DNA from: Candidatus Doudnabacteria bacterium RIFCSPHIGHO2_12_FULL_48_16
GTDB taxonomy: Bacteria; Patescibacteriota; Doudnabacteria; UBA920; O2-02-FULL-48-8
Length of the DNA stretch: 64,000 nt
Assembly (NCBI GenBank): GCA_001780035.1
Contig: MFEY01000004.1
Coordinates: 10,399 to 74,398 of the forward strand
Direction of reading: 5' to 3'
In this document: piece after piece, positions 55,822 to 64,000 of the stretch
Position numbering within the stretch: position 1 is the stretch's first letter
Layout: the number at the start of each line of letters is the position of its first letter
The notes under the pieces: generated by a model
What the model was told of the DNA's origin: nothing
What the model saw: only the letters and a program-made list of their open reading frames with translations
Databases searched by the model: none
Program-made: the position numbers and the translations under genes

Positions 55822-58800
55822 ATGAGCAAGTTCACGCATTTACATGTCCACAGCCATTATTCCTTGCTTGATGGCTTGTCCAAAATCGACGAGCTGGTTT
55901 CCGCCGCCAAAAAATTAAACATGGAGGCGCTGGCACTGACCGACCATGGTGTGATGTATGGCACGATTCCTTTTTACAATGCGTGTCTGGAAGCCGGGAT
56001 CAAACCAATCATTGGTGTGGAAGCCTATATCGCCCCGCGCAGTCTCACGGATAAATCCGGCAAGATTGACTCTGACTACTATCACCTGACGCTTCTGGCG
56101 GCTAATGACGCGGGCTACAAAAATTTACTTAAACTTACGACCATCGCACATCTCGAAGGATTTTATTACAAACCGCGCATCGATCTAGAAACGCTCAAAA
56201 AACATTCGGAAGGACTGATTTGTCTGTCCGGTTGTCAGCGAGGTGAATTGTCCCGCGCTTTGGTTAATCATACTGATGTGGAAGTCAGGCAAGTTTTGCA
56301 AAAATATCTTGACATCTTCGGTCCAGAAAATTTTTATGTCGAGATCCAGCGCAACAGCCGGGAACCGAATCCCGGCGAGGAAACTTTAACTCAAAAGCTA
56401 ATCACCTTAGCCAAAAAAGAAAGCCTCAAACTTGTGGCCACTGCGGATTGCCATTACATCAACTCCGATGATGCCGAAGCTCAAGACGTCATGGTTTGTA
56501 TCGGCACAGGCCGCACAGTTAATGACCAGGATCGGCTCGATATGCGCTCGCACGATTTGTCACTCAAAAGCGCCGGCCGCATGCTGGAATTATTCGCGGA
56601 TGTGCCAGAGGCGGTAGCGAACACCATGGAAGTGGCGGACAAGTGTAATTTAAAAATTCTGATTAACCAGCGCTACTTCCCCAATGTCGACGTCCCAGCA
56701 GGACAAACTACGGCCGAATATTTACGCGCAGTCACCCAGCAACGCGGCTTGGCGCTATATGGCAAAAATGGCCAGATCCCCGAAGAAATTCAAAAACGGA
56801 TTGATTATGAGCTCAATATTATTATCAAAAAGGGCTTTGATACTTATTTCCTCATGGTCGCGGATGTCGTCGAGGGCGCGCACCAACACGGCGCGGTCAC
56901 GAATACCAGGGGCTCGGCGGCTGGCTCCATCGTCGCTCGGATCCTGGGGATCACCAGTGTCGATCCAATTTATTATCAATTGCCGTTTGAGCGATTTCTC
57001 ACCGAACACCGACCGACCCCGCCGGATATTGATTTGGATATCGCGGATACGCATCGGGAAGAAACCATTGCCTACATTACCGCCAAATATGGGCACGATA
57101 AAGTTGCCCAAATCATTACCTTTGGAACCATGATGGCACGCGCCGCGATCCGGGATGTGGGTCGCGCGCTTGGTATAGCCTATGGTAAATGCGACCAAAT
57201 TGCGAAAATGATCCCCATCGGCAAACAAGGCTTCCACATGACTCTGGACAAGGCGCTCGATCTCAATCCAGATCTCAAAGCCGCGTATGAGCGCGACCCG
57301 GAAACCAAACAAATCCTCGACATTGCCAGAAAACTCGAGGGGTGCGCTCGCCACGCTTCCGTGCATGCCGCGGGCGTGGTGATCACACCGAAAGCGCTGA
57401 CTGAATACATGCCCCTACAGCACGAACCAGACGGTGAAAAAATCATCACGCAATACGACATGTATGCCCTCGACATCAACACGAGCGGGCCCAAAGCCCT
57501 CGGCGTGGTCAAACTCGACTTACTGGGTATCCGCAACCTGTCCATCCTTGAATCCGCCGTCAAAATTGCCGAAAAACGACATGACGTTAAAATCGACATT
57601 TACAATCTCCCTCAACCGGATGCCAAAACTTTTAAATTACTCGCCGACGGCCATACTTTCGGCGTCTTCCAAATGGGCTCCTCAGGCATGACACGGTATC
57701 TCATGGATCTGCGGCCAAAAAGCATTTTCGACATCATGGCCATGATCGCCCTATACCGCCCGGGTCCAATGGGCATTATTCCGGAATACATCTCGCGCCA
57801 GCACAGCCGCAAAAAAATCGAATACTTTGACCCGCGCATGAAGGATTACCTCGAGCGCAGTCTCGGATTATTAGTTTACCAAGAAGACGTCTTGCTCACC
57901 GCTATCCACATCGCCGGCTACTCCTGGGAAGAAGCGGACAAACTGCGCAAAGCCATGGGCAAGAAAATCCCGGCGGAAATGGCCAAACAAAAAGAAAAAT
58001 TCACCAAAGGCTCTGTGGCCAATGGCATGTCGGCACAAAAATCGGAAGAACTATTTGCTCTGATTGAACCATTCGCGGCCTATGGTTTTGGTAAGGCACA
58101 TGCCGCCTCTTATGGAATCGTGAGTTACCAGACCGCGTATATGAAAGCGAACTACACCGTGGAGTTTATGGCCGCGCTTATGACCGCGGAATCCGGAGAT
58201 ATGCCAACCATTACCGAAGCCGTGGATGAATGCCGCAAATTAAGCATCAAGGTATTGCCTCCCGATGTCAATGAAAGTTTGGCCAACTTTACCGTGATTG
58301 ATCAGCAAAACATCCGTTTTGGTCTAAACGCGATTAAAAATTTAGGATCAGATGTGATTGATCTGATTATTGAGCAACGAAAAACCGGCGGCCAATTTCT
58401 CTCTCTGGAAGATTTTATCAAACGAATGCAAACTCGCAATTTTAACAAAAAATCGTGGGAAGCCCTGGTCAAATCCGGCGCTATGGATATTTTAGGCGAA
58501 CGCAACCAGCTTTTGGCCAACACCGAAACAATCTTAGACTTTGCCCGCGGCCAGAACAAACAAACCAACCAGGCGAGTTTGTTCGGCAGCGGCATGATTG
58601 AGCCAGCCAAATTAAAACTTCGGCCAGCTAAACCCGCCACCAAAAAAGAAAAACTGGGCTGGGAAAAAGAATTGCTGGGCATGTATATCAGCGCCCATCC
58701 TTTGGACGAGCATTCCGAACTGCTTAAAAGAACCGCAATGCCGATCCGGCAAATGATTGAAAACAACACCCAGCAGGCCGCGGTCGGCGGCATCATCAGC

Positions 58801-59229
58801 CGGGTGCAAAAAATTCTGACCAAAAAAGGCGACCCGATGGCTTTTATCGACGTGGAAGATTTATCCGGGACCATTGAAGTGATCATATTTCCCAACCTCT
58901 ATGCTCAAATAAAAAACTTGATCAATGAATCCACGCTGGTCCTGGTCAAAGGCAAACTGTCGGACAAGGACGGCGAACCCAAATTCCTGGCGGATGAGAT
59001 TAAGCCGCTGGGACAACAGTCATTGCCGGTGCAGCCGACCGCTGTCAGCGTTAAAATTCCCGCCGCCGCCACCGACGAGCTGTTTGAGCAGCTCAAGGAA
59101 GCCTTTGAATCCTCCCCGGGCGATTTGGCGGTCAATTTGATCATCAATGAACAAAAAGTGAAAACGCCATTTCGGATTGCGCTCAATGCCGAATTAAAAA
59201 CCAAAATCCGGGAAATTCTGGGCTCCTAG
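55822..59229 (+). CDS. dnaE: DNA polymerase III alpha subunit
   Basis: HLHVHSHYSLLDG, RGSAAGS, PPDIDLD, SVHAAG, FGKAHAASY; start at MSKF. Confidence 0.98.
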   Translation: MSKFTHLHVHSHYSLLDGLSKIDELVSAAKKLNMEALALTDHGVMYGTIPFYNACLEAGIKPIIGVEAYIAPRSLTDKSGKIDSDYYHLTLLAANDAGYKNLLKLTTIAHLEGFYYKPRIDLETLKKHSEGLICLSGCQRGELSRALVNHTDVEVRQVLQKYLDIFGPENFYVEIQRNSREPNPGEETLTQKLITLAKKESLKLVATADCHYINSDDAEAQDVMVCIGTGRTVNDQDRLDMRSHDLSLKSAGRMLELFADVPEAVANTMEVADKCNLKILINQRYFPNVDVPAGQTTAEYLRAVTQQRGLALYGKNGQIPEEIQKRIDYELNIIIKKGFDTYFLMVADVVEGAHQHGAVTNTRGSAAGSIVARILGITSVDPIYYQLPFERFLTEHRPTPPDIDLDIADTHREETIAYITAKYGHDKVAQIITFGTMMARAAIRDVGRALGIAYGKCDQIAKMIPIGKQGFHMTLDKALDLNPDLKAAYERDPETKQILDIARKLEGCARHASVHAAGVVITPKALTEYMPLQHEPDGEKIITQYDMYALDINTSGPKALGVVKLDLLGIRNLSILESAVKIAEKRHDVKIDIYNLPQPDAKTFKLLADGHTFGVFQMGSSGMTRYLMDLRPKSIFDIMAMIALYRPGPMGIIPEYISRQHSRKKIEYFDPRMKDYLERSLGLLVYQEDVLLTAIHIAGYSWEEADKLRKAMGKKIPAEMAKQKEKFTKGSVANGMSAQKSEELFALIEPFAAYGFGKAHAASYGIVSYQTAYMKANYTVEFMAALMTAESGDMPTITEAVDECRKLSIKVLPPDVNESLANFTVIDQQNIRFGLNAIKNLGSDVIDLIIEQRKTGGQFLSLEDFIKRMQTRNFNKKSWEALVKSGAMDILGERNQLLANTETILDFARGQNKQTNQASLFGSGMIEPAKLKLRPAKPATKKEKLGWEKELLGMYISAHPLDEHSELLKRTAMPIRQMIENNTQQAAVGGIISRVQKILTKKGDPMAFIDVEDLSGTIEVIIFPNLYAQIKNLINESTLVLVKGKLSDKDGEPKFLADEIKPLGQQSLPVQPTAVSVKIPAAATDELFEQLKEAFESSPGDLAVNLIINEQKVKTPFRIALNAELKTKIREILGS

Positions 59230-59261
59230 TTGCACAAAAAATACCGAATGGCTATAATAAA

Positions 59262-59466
59262 AGCAGAGGTTTTTGAGAGCGAGGAAGTGGCTACCAACCA
59301 TTGAGTTCTCACGCTGAACACTTGCGTTAAAGAGTAAATTAAGAGCGTAGAGCGTGCAGCGCCGAGCGTGTAGTTTCTACACCCTCAACCCTGTCCCCTA
59401 TACCCTAACTTTGGGTGGAACCATCCGTGAGGATCCCAAGCAGAATTATCTGTTTGGGTATTTTTA
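59262..59466 (+). promoter_or_regulatory. T-box riboswitch (Thr), transcriptional
   Basis: Antiterminator TTGGG-TGGAACC-ATCC-GTGA-GGAT-CCCAA overlapping terminator CCCAAGCAGA/TCTGTTTGGG-TATTTTT; upstream of thrS; promoter TTGCAC-17-TATAAT. Confidence 0.9.
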
Positions 59467-59500
59467 TTTCTTAAATCTTTAATCTCCAATCTTAAATCTT

Positions 59501-61270
59501 ATGAAAGAACACAATCAGTTAGACAACCTTCGCCATTCCGCTGCCCATCTTTTGGCTGCGGCTGTCATGAAAATGTGGCCGAACACCAAGCGTGCGATCG
59601 GTCCCTCGATCGAAGATGGTTTTTACTTTGACTTTGAATTCGACCAGGCCGACCTGCCTGCCGGCAGGCAGGTCTCGGAAAAAGATTTTCCGAAGATCGA
59701 AAAGACCATGAAACAGATAGTCAAAACCTGGGACGGTTTTGAACGCCATGAATTATCCGCCGACGATGCCAAAAAAGAATATCCAGGCAATCCTTACAAA
59801 CACGAGCTTGTAGATGAATTCAGTGGCAAGGGCGAAAAGCTCACTTTCTACAAATCCGGCGATTACTGGGATCTCTGCCGCGGCGGCCACGTGGACAATC
59901 CAAAAAAAGAATTACAGCACTTCAAATTGCTCTCCATCGCCGGCGCTTATTGGCGCGGTTCGGAAAAGAATAAAATGCTAACCCGCATCTACGCGACAGC
60001 TTTTCCAACTAAAGAAGAACTGGATCAGCATTTGTTCATGCTGGAAGAAGCCAAAAAAAGAGACCACAAAAAACTCGGCAAAGAATTAGACCTCTTTGTG
60101 TTCTCGGAATTGGTTGGCCCGGGCTTGCCGCTTTATACCCCCAAAGGCACAGAGACGCTTTATGAAATCAAAAACTTTTCCCGCGCGCTCAGAAAAGACA
60201 TGGGCTATCTGGAAGTCCAAACCCCACAAATCAATAAAGGACAATTGTTTAAAATTTCCGGGCATTACGACAAATTCCACGATGGTATGTTCCGAGTTGT
60301 TTCTCACTATTCGGAAGAAGAATATTTCATGAAACCCATGAATTGTCCGCAGCATACGCAAATCTATGCTTCTCGTCCGCGTAGCTATAAAGATCTTCCC
60401 ATAAAACTGGCTGACTTGGCTATGTTATACCGTGACGAAAAACCCGGACAGCTTTCGGGTCTAACCAGGTTACGCTCTTTTTCTCAGGACGATGCCCATT
60501 GTTTTTGCCGCGAAGACCAAATCGAACAAGAGTTTGATCTCCTGCTGCAAGCTATAGAAAAAGCCATGAAAACTTATGGTCTGAACTACTACATCAGATT
60601 CTCCTTGCGCGACGAAAATAACAAAGACGCTTATTTGGGCAGTGATGAGGTCTGGCAGAAATCCCAGAAACTTCTGGAAGAGCTACTGCAAAAAAGAAAA
60701 CTTGATTATAAAAAAGCCGAAGGCGAGGCTGCCTTCTACGGTCCCAAGATGGACTTAATCGTCAAAGACTCACTGGGTCGCGAATGGCAATTATCAACCA
60801 TTCAGCTGGATTTTAATATGCCGGAGCGGTTTGGACTGGAATATACTGACGTACACGGCCAAAAAGCCATTCCAATAATGATTCACAGCGCCTTGGTAGG
60901 TTCCCCTGAAAGATTCTTTGGCGTCGCTATCGAACACTTCGCTGGCGCCTTCCCGGTCTGGCTCGCCCCGGTCCAGGTCAAAATATTGCCCATCACGGAC
61001 AAGCAGAATGAGTATGCTCATGAGCTTGCTACTGAGCTTGCTACTGAGCAGATCCGAGTCGAACTCGATGACCGCTCCGAGTCCGTCGGCAAAAAAATCC
61101 GCGGGGCGGAAATGGAAAAAGTGCCTTACATGCTGATTGTGGGTGAAAAAGAAGTGGAAGCCAAATCCGTGGCGGTCCGAGCACGCAATCAGAAAGACTT
61201 GGGCGTCATGAAACTCAATCAATTTATCGACAAAATCCGTGAGGAAATCAAAACCCGAAGGCTATCTTAA
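59501..61270 (+). CDS. thrS: Threonine-tRNA ligase (no TGS domain)
   Basis: HSAAHLL, DLCRGGH, KRDHKKLG, KPMNCPQH, QDDAH, FYGPK, WQLSTIQLDF. Confidence 0.98.
   Translation: MKEHNQLDNLRHSAAHLLAAAVMKMWPNTKRAIGPSIEDGFYFDFEFDQADLPAGRQVSEKDFPKIEKTMKQIVKTWDGFERHELSADDAKKEYPGNPYKHELVDEFSGKGEKLTFYKSGDYWDLCRGGHVDNPKKELQHFKLLSIAGAYWRGSEKNKMLTRIYATAFPTKEELDQHLFMLEEAKKRDHKKLGKELDLFVFSELVGPGLPLYTPKGTETLYEIKNFSRALRKDMGYLEVQTPQINKGQLFKISGHYDKFHDGMFRVVSHYSEEEYFMKPMNCPQHTQIYASRPRSYKDLPIKLADLAMLYRDEKPGQLSGLTRLRSFSQDDAHCFCREDQIEQEFDLLLQAIEKAMKTYGLNYYIRFSLRDENNKDAYLGSDEVWQKSQKLLEELLQKRKLDYKKAEGEAAFYGPKMDLIVKDSLGREWQLSTIQLDFNMPERFGLEYTDVHGQKAIPIMIHSALVGSPERFFGVAIEHFAGAFPVWLAPVQVKILPITDKQNEYAHELATELATEQIRVELDDRSESVGKKIRGAEMEKVPYMLIVGEKEVEAKSVAVRARNQKDLGVMKLNQFIDKIREEIKTRRLS
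59651..59674. repeat. 24-bp perfect palindrome in frame within thrS (DLPAGRQV)
   Basis: GACCTGCCTGCCGGCAGGCAGGTC. Confidence 0.9.
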
Positions 61271-61380
61271 GGCGGAAAAACGCGAGCTCAAAAAACGCCC
61301 GCGCATGAAAGTCCACGGCGCGTCTTTAAAGCGACCTTCAAAATTCGCCGGTTTAAAACTTGCCAAAAAGAAAAAATAAC

Positions 61381-61508
61381 TGTCTTTGCGAGGAGGCGCT
61401 TTATCGCCTTGCTTTATCTTAGGCGCCGACGAAGCAATCTCATTCTTGAACAGAGATTGCTTCGCTCGCGCGATAGTTAATACTCATTGGCGCTCGCTCG
61501 CAAAGACA
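61381..61508. repeat. Palindromic REP/RPE-like element, GCGAG...GAAGCAATCT family
   Basis: TGTCTTTGCGAG/CTCGCAAAGACA terminal IR; inner CGAAGCAATCT/AGATTGCTTCG stem. Confidence 0.85.
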
Positions 61509-61516
61509 ATCTGCTT

Positions 61517-62413
61517 ATGCTTAAATCCAATAAACTCATAGTCATTCTTGGCCCTACTTCCTCCGGTAAATCATCCCTCGCCATCAAACTCGCCCGAAAG
61601 TTCAAGGGCGAGATTATTTCCGCTGACTCGCGACAAGTTTATAAAGGCATGGACCTGGGGACGGGTAAGGTCACCAAAAAAGAACAACAACTAATCCCCC
61701 ATCATTTGCTCAACGTTGCCTCGCCCAAAAAACAATTTACCGTGGCGGAATTTAAACCGCTCGCCCAAAAAGCGATTCAAAAAATCCAAGCCAAAAAGAA
61801 ATTGCCGTTTTTGGTCGGCGGCACGCCGTTTTACATTTACGCCACGATTGACGACCTTCAAATCCCGGGGGTTGCGCCAAATTTCAAATTACGCAATCAA
61901 TTACGTAATAAAACCACGACCCAGCTTTTCGCTATGCTGAAAAAACTGGATCCAAGAAGAGCCAAAAACATTGACCCGCACAACCCTCGGCGCTTAATCC
62001 GAGCGATTGAAATCATCAAATCCACCGGTAAACCTGTACCCGCTCTCTCATCCCGCAGAGCTCACCCTGAGGCGCTCATTCTTGGGATCAAAAAAGACTT
62101 GGCTAAGCTTTATAAACTTATCGACGCGCGATTGGAACTACGGCTCAAAGCGGGCCTAATCGGCGAAGTAAAAAAACTCCGCAAGCTAGGAGTTTCGTGG
62201 AAGCGCTTGCAAGAGTTTGGTTTGGAATATCACTTTGTTTCGCTTTATCTGCAAAATAAACTGACTTATGACGAAATGATGCTCCAACTCAAAAACGGGA
62301 TTCATAAATTCGCCAAACGCCAAATGACCTGGTTCAAAACCGACTCGCGAATCAAGTGGATTAAAAATCAAAAACAAGCCGAACGGCTCATTAAGAAATA
62401 CTCGCAATCCTGA
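61517..62413 (+). CDS. miaA: tRNA dimethylallyltransferase
   Basis: GPTSSGKS, IISADSRQVY, LVGGT, RLIRAIE, AKRQMTWF. Confidence 0.96.
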   Translation: MLKSNKLIVILGPTSSGKSSLAIKLARKFKGEIISADSRQVYKGMDLGTGKVTKKEQQLIPHHLLNVASPKKQFTVAEFKPLAQKAIQKIQAKKKLPFLVGGTPFYIYATIDDLQIPGVAPNFKLRNQLRNKTTTQLFAMLKKLDPRRAKNIDPHNPRRLIRAIEIIKSTGKPVPALSSRRAHPEALILGIKKDLAKLYKLIDARLELRLKAGLIGEVKKLRKLGVSWKRLQEFGLEYHFVSLYLQNKLTYDEMMLQLKNGIHKFAKRQMTWFKTDSRIKWIKNQKQAERLIKKYSQS

Positions 62414-62490
62414 CGCAGGTCAGGATCTCTGATTTAAGACTGAGACCCTGAATCCCGCCAAAGGGACGGGCAGGCAAGTTCAGGGTTGCG
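62403..62490. repeat. REP-like double hairpin with a nested palindrome
   Basis: CGCAATCCTGA..TCAGGATCT...CCCTGAA[..]TTCAGGGTTGCG; supplies the miaA stop and abuts the gatB stop. Confidence 0.75.
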
Positions 62491-63966
62491 TTAACTCTGT
62501 AATTCTTTTTTCAGAATTTCGTTGATCACTTGCGGGTTGCCTTTGCCTTTCAGTTCTTTCATGGTCTGGCCGACCAGAAAACCGAACGCCTTTTCGCCTT
62601 TGGTTTTGGCGTCCTCGACACCCTTGGGGTTTTCCGCAATCACTTTTCGGACCACGTCCAAAATCAAGCCTTCATCCGAGACTTGAGCCAGACCCAGCTC
62701 ATCCAAAATATTGGACGGGTCTTCACCTGTTGCAAACATTTTGGCGAAGACATCTTTGGCGGCGAGGTTGGAAACCTTGCCCTGACGGATCAATTTGATC
62801 AACTCGGCAAAATTTTCTGGGGTCACTTTCGAATCTTGCGGCAGCATTTTGCACTCGTTGAGCGCGGCCAAAAAATTGCCCAAAATCCAGTTGGCAGCGG
62901 CAAATCCGTATTTGCCATCATCGGCCTGCTTTTCAACCTGCAGCCACTCATCTAATTCTGATATCACGTGCTCAAAATAATTAGCGAGTTCTTTGTAAGC
63001 CACCAACGTGTATGCGTCCTTATCAGACAACGAATAATCACTCATAAACCGCTCCTTGCGGGCCTTTGGCAGTTCCGGCAAGTCGCGGCGCAACTCCTCC
63101 AGATAGGCCTTGGTAAACTGCATGATGGGCAAATCCGGCTCCGGGAAATAGCGGTAGTCCTGGGATTCTTCTTTCGACCGTTGCGAAACCGTAATCGCCT
63201 TGTCATCGACCCAGCCGCGGGTTTCCCGCGCCGGCGTTTGGCCCTGGTCCAAAAGTTCAGCCTGCCGTTTGATCTCATATTCAATGGCATTGGCCACGGC
63301 TTTAAAAGAATTCATATTTTTGACTTCCACTTTGTAGGGCGGAAACCCGCTCTCGCCAATTTTGCGCAAGCTGACGTTGGCATCACAGCGCAAATGGCCC
63401 TTCTCCATATCGGCATCGGAGACGCCCAGGTAGCGCATGATGTTTTGCAGTTCCTGCAAATAAACCTTGGCTTCTTCGGCCGACCGGATATCCGGCTCCG
63501 AAACGATTTCCAACAGCGGCGTGCCAGCGCGGTTGTAATCCACCAAACTGTAGTCGGCCCCGGCGGGGTGCATTAATTTACCGGCATCTTCTTCCAGATG
63601 CGCGCGGGTGATTCCAATCGTTCGGGTGTCCCCATTGGTCATTGTAATTGTCATTTGTCCGCGGCCATTGATCGGCATATCGAATTGCGAAATCTGATAG
63701 CCCTTCGGTAAATCGGGATAAAAATAATTCTTGCGGTCAAATTTGGAATACTCGGCAATTTCGCAATTCAAAGCCAACCCGACCTTCAGGGATTTTTCAA
63801 CCGCTTCGCGGTTGATGACCGGCAAAGTCCCCGGTTGGCCGGTGCAGAGCTCACAGATATGAACATTCGGCTCGGCCGCTTCAGCGTTCGGGGAGCCGCA
63901 AAACATCTTAGATTTAGTTTTTAGTTGAACATGGACTTCAAGTCCGATGACTGGTTCGTATTTCAT
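62491..63966 (-). CDS. gatB: Asp/Glu-tRNA amidotransferase subunit B
   Basis: IGLEVHVQL, FDRKNYFYPDLPKGYQISQ, HLEEDAGK, RCDANVS, DYRYFPEPDLP. Confidence 0.98.
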   Translation of the reverse strand: MKYEPVIGLEVHVQLKTKSKMFCGSPNAEAAEPNVHICELCTGQPGTLPVINREAVEKSLKVGLALNCEIAEYSKFDRKNYFYPDLPKGYQISQFDMPINGRGQMTITMTNGDTRTIGITRAHLEEDAGKLMHPAGADYSLVDYNRAGTPLLEIVSEPDIRSAEEAKVYLQELQNIMRYLGVSDADMEKGHLRCDANVSLRKIGESGFPPYKVEVKNMNSFKAVANAIEYEIKRQAELLDQGQTPARETRGWVDDKAITVSQRSKEESQDYRYFPEPDLPIMQFTKAYLEELRRDLPELPKARKERFMSDYSLSDKDAYTLVAYKELANYFEHVISELDEWLQVEKQADDGKYGFAAANWILGNFLAALNECKMLPQDSKVTPENFAELIKLIRQGKVSNLAAKDVFAKMFATGEDPSNILDELGLAQVSDEGLILDVVRKVIAENPKGVEDAKTKGEKAFGFLVGQTMKELKGKGNPQVINEILKKELQS

Positions 63967-64000
63967 TTTATTGAGAGTTTGGATTGGTCACTGGCGGCTC

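Noticed and set aside
61021-61049. 12-bp tandem repeat in thrS (ELATELATE) as a contingency locus
   Set aside because: Only about 2.4 units, in frame, and the helix length looks normal for ThrRS

Overview
This window reads as chromosomal DNA from a Patescibacteria (CPR) bacterium. That assignment is inferred from the short AspRS lacking the GAD domain, ThrRS lacking TGS, a CPR-type pilin domain and SD-poor core genes. Core genes: lgt, aspS, ybaK-like, scpAB, mraZ-rsmH-ftsL-ftsI-murF, rplJ-rplL, mltG, HU, rpmG, rpsB-tsf, rpmE-prfA-prmC, rplY, rodA, dnaE, thrS, miaA, gatB, plus five tRNAs (Glu, Thr x2, Trp, Tyr). Accessory content: self-contained GC-rich cassettes (purD-like, purN, threonine synthase, asparaginase), a decayed island at tRNA-Trp carrying murL, a surface-protein operon and a two-component cluster. 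The most unusual signals are: (1) a ~515-nt ORF-free, heavily base-paired transcription unit between rpsB and rpmE; (2) a MITE-like element inserted at start codons with an ATGA(R) duplication; (3) an identical 38-bp promoter repeat delimiting transcript-sized purN/purD cassettes; (4) a stand-alone Cas2/PaaX-like gene between 38-bp palindromic direct repeats; (5) a transcriptional T-box with an ultrashort Stem I; (6) a tRNA-Glu/gene chimeric recombination scar; (7) palindromic repeats inserted in frame in thrS and prmC. All calls come from reading the sequence by eye; no database searches or folding programs were run.
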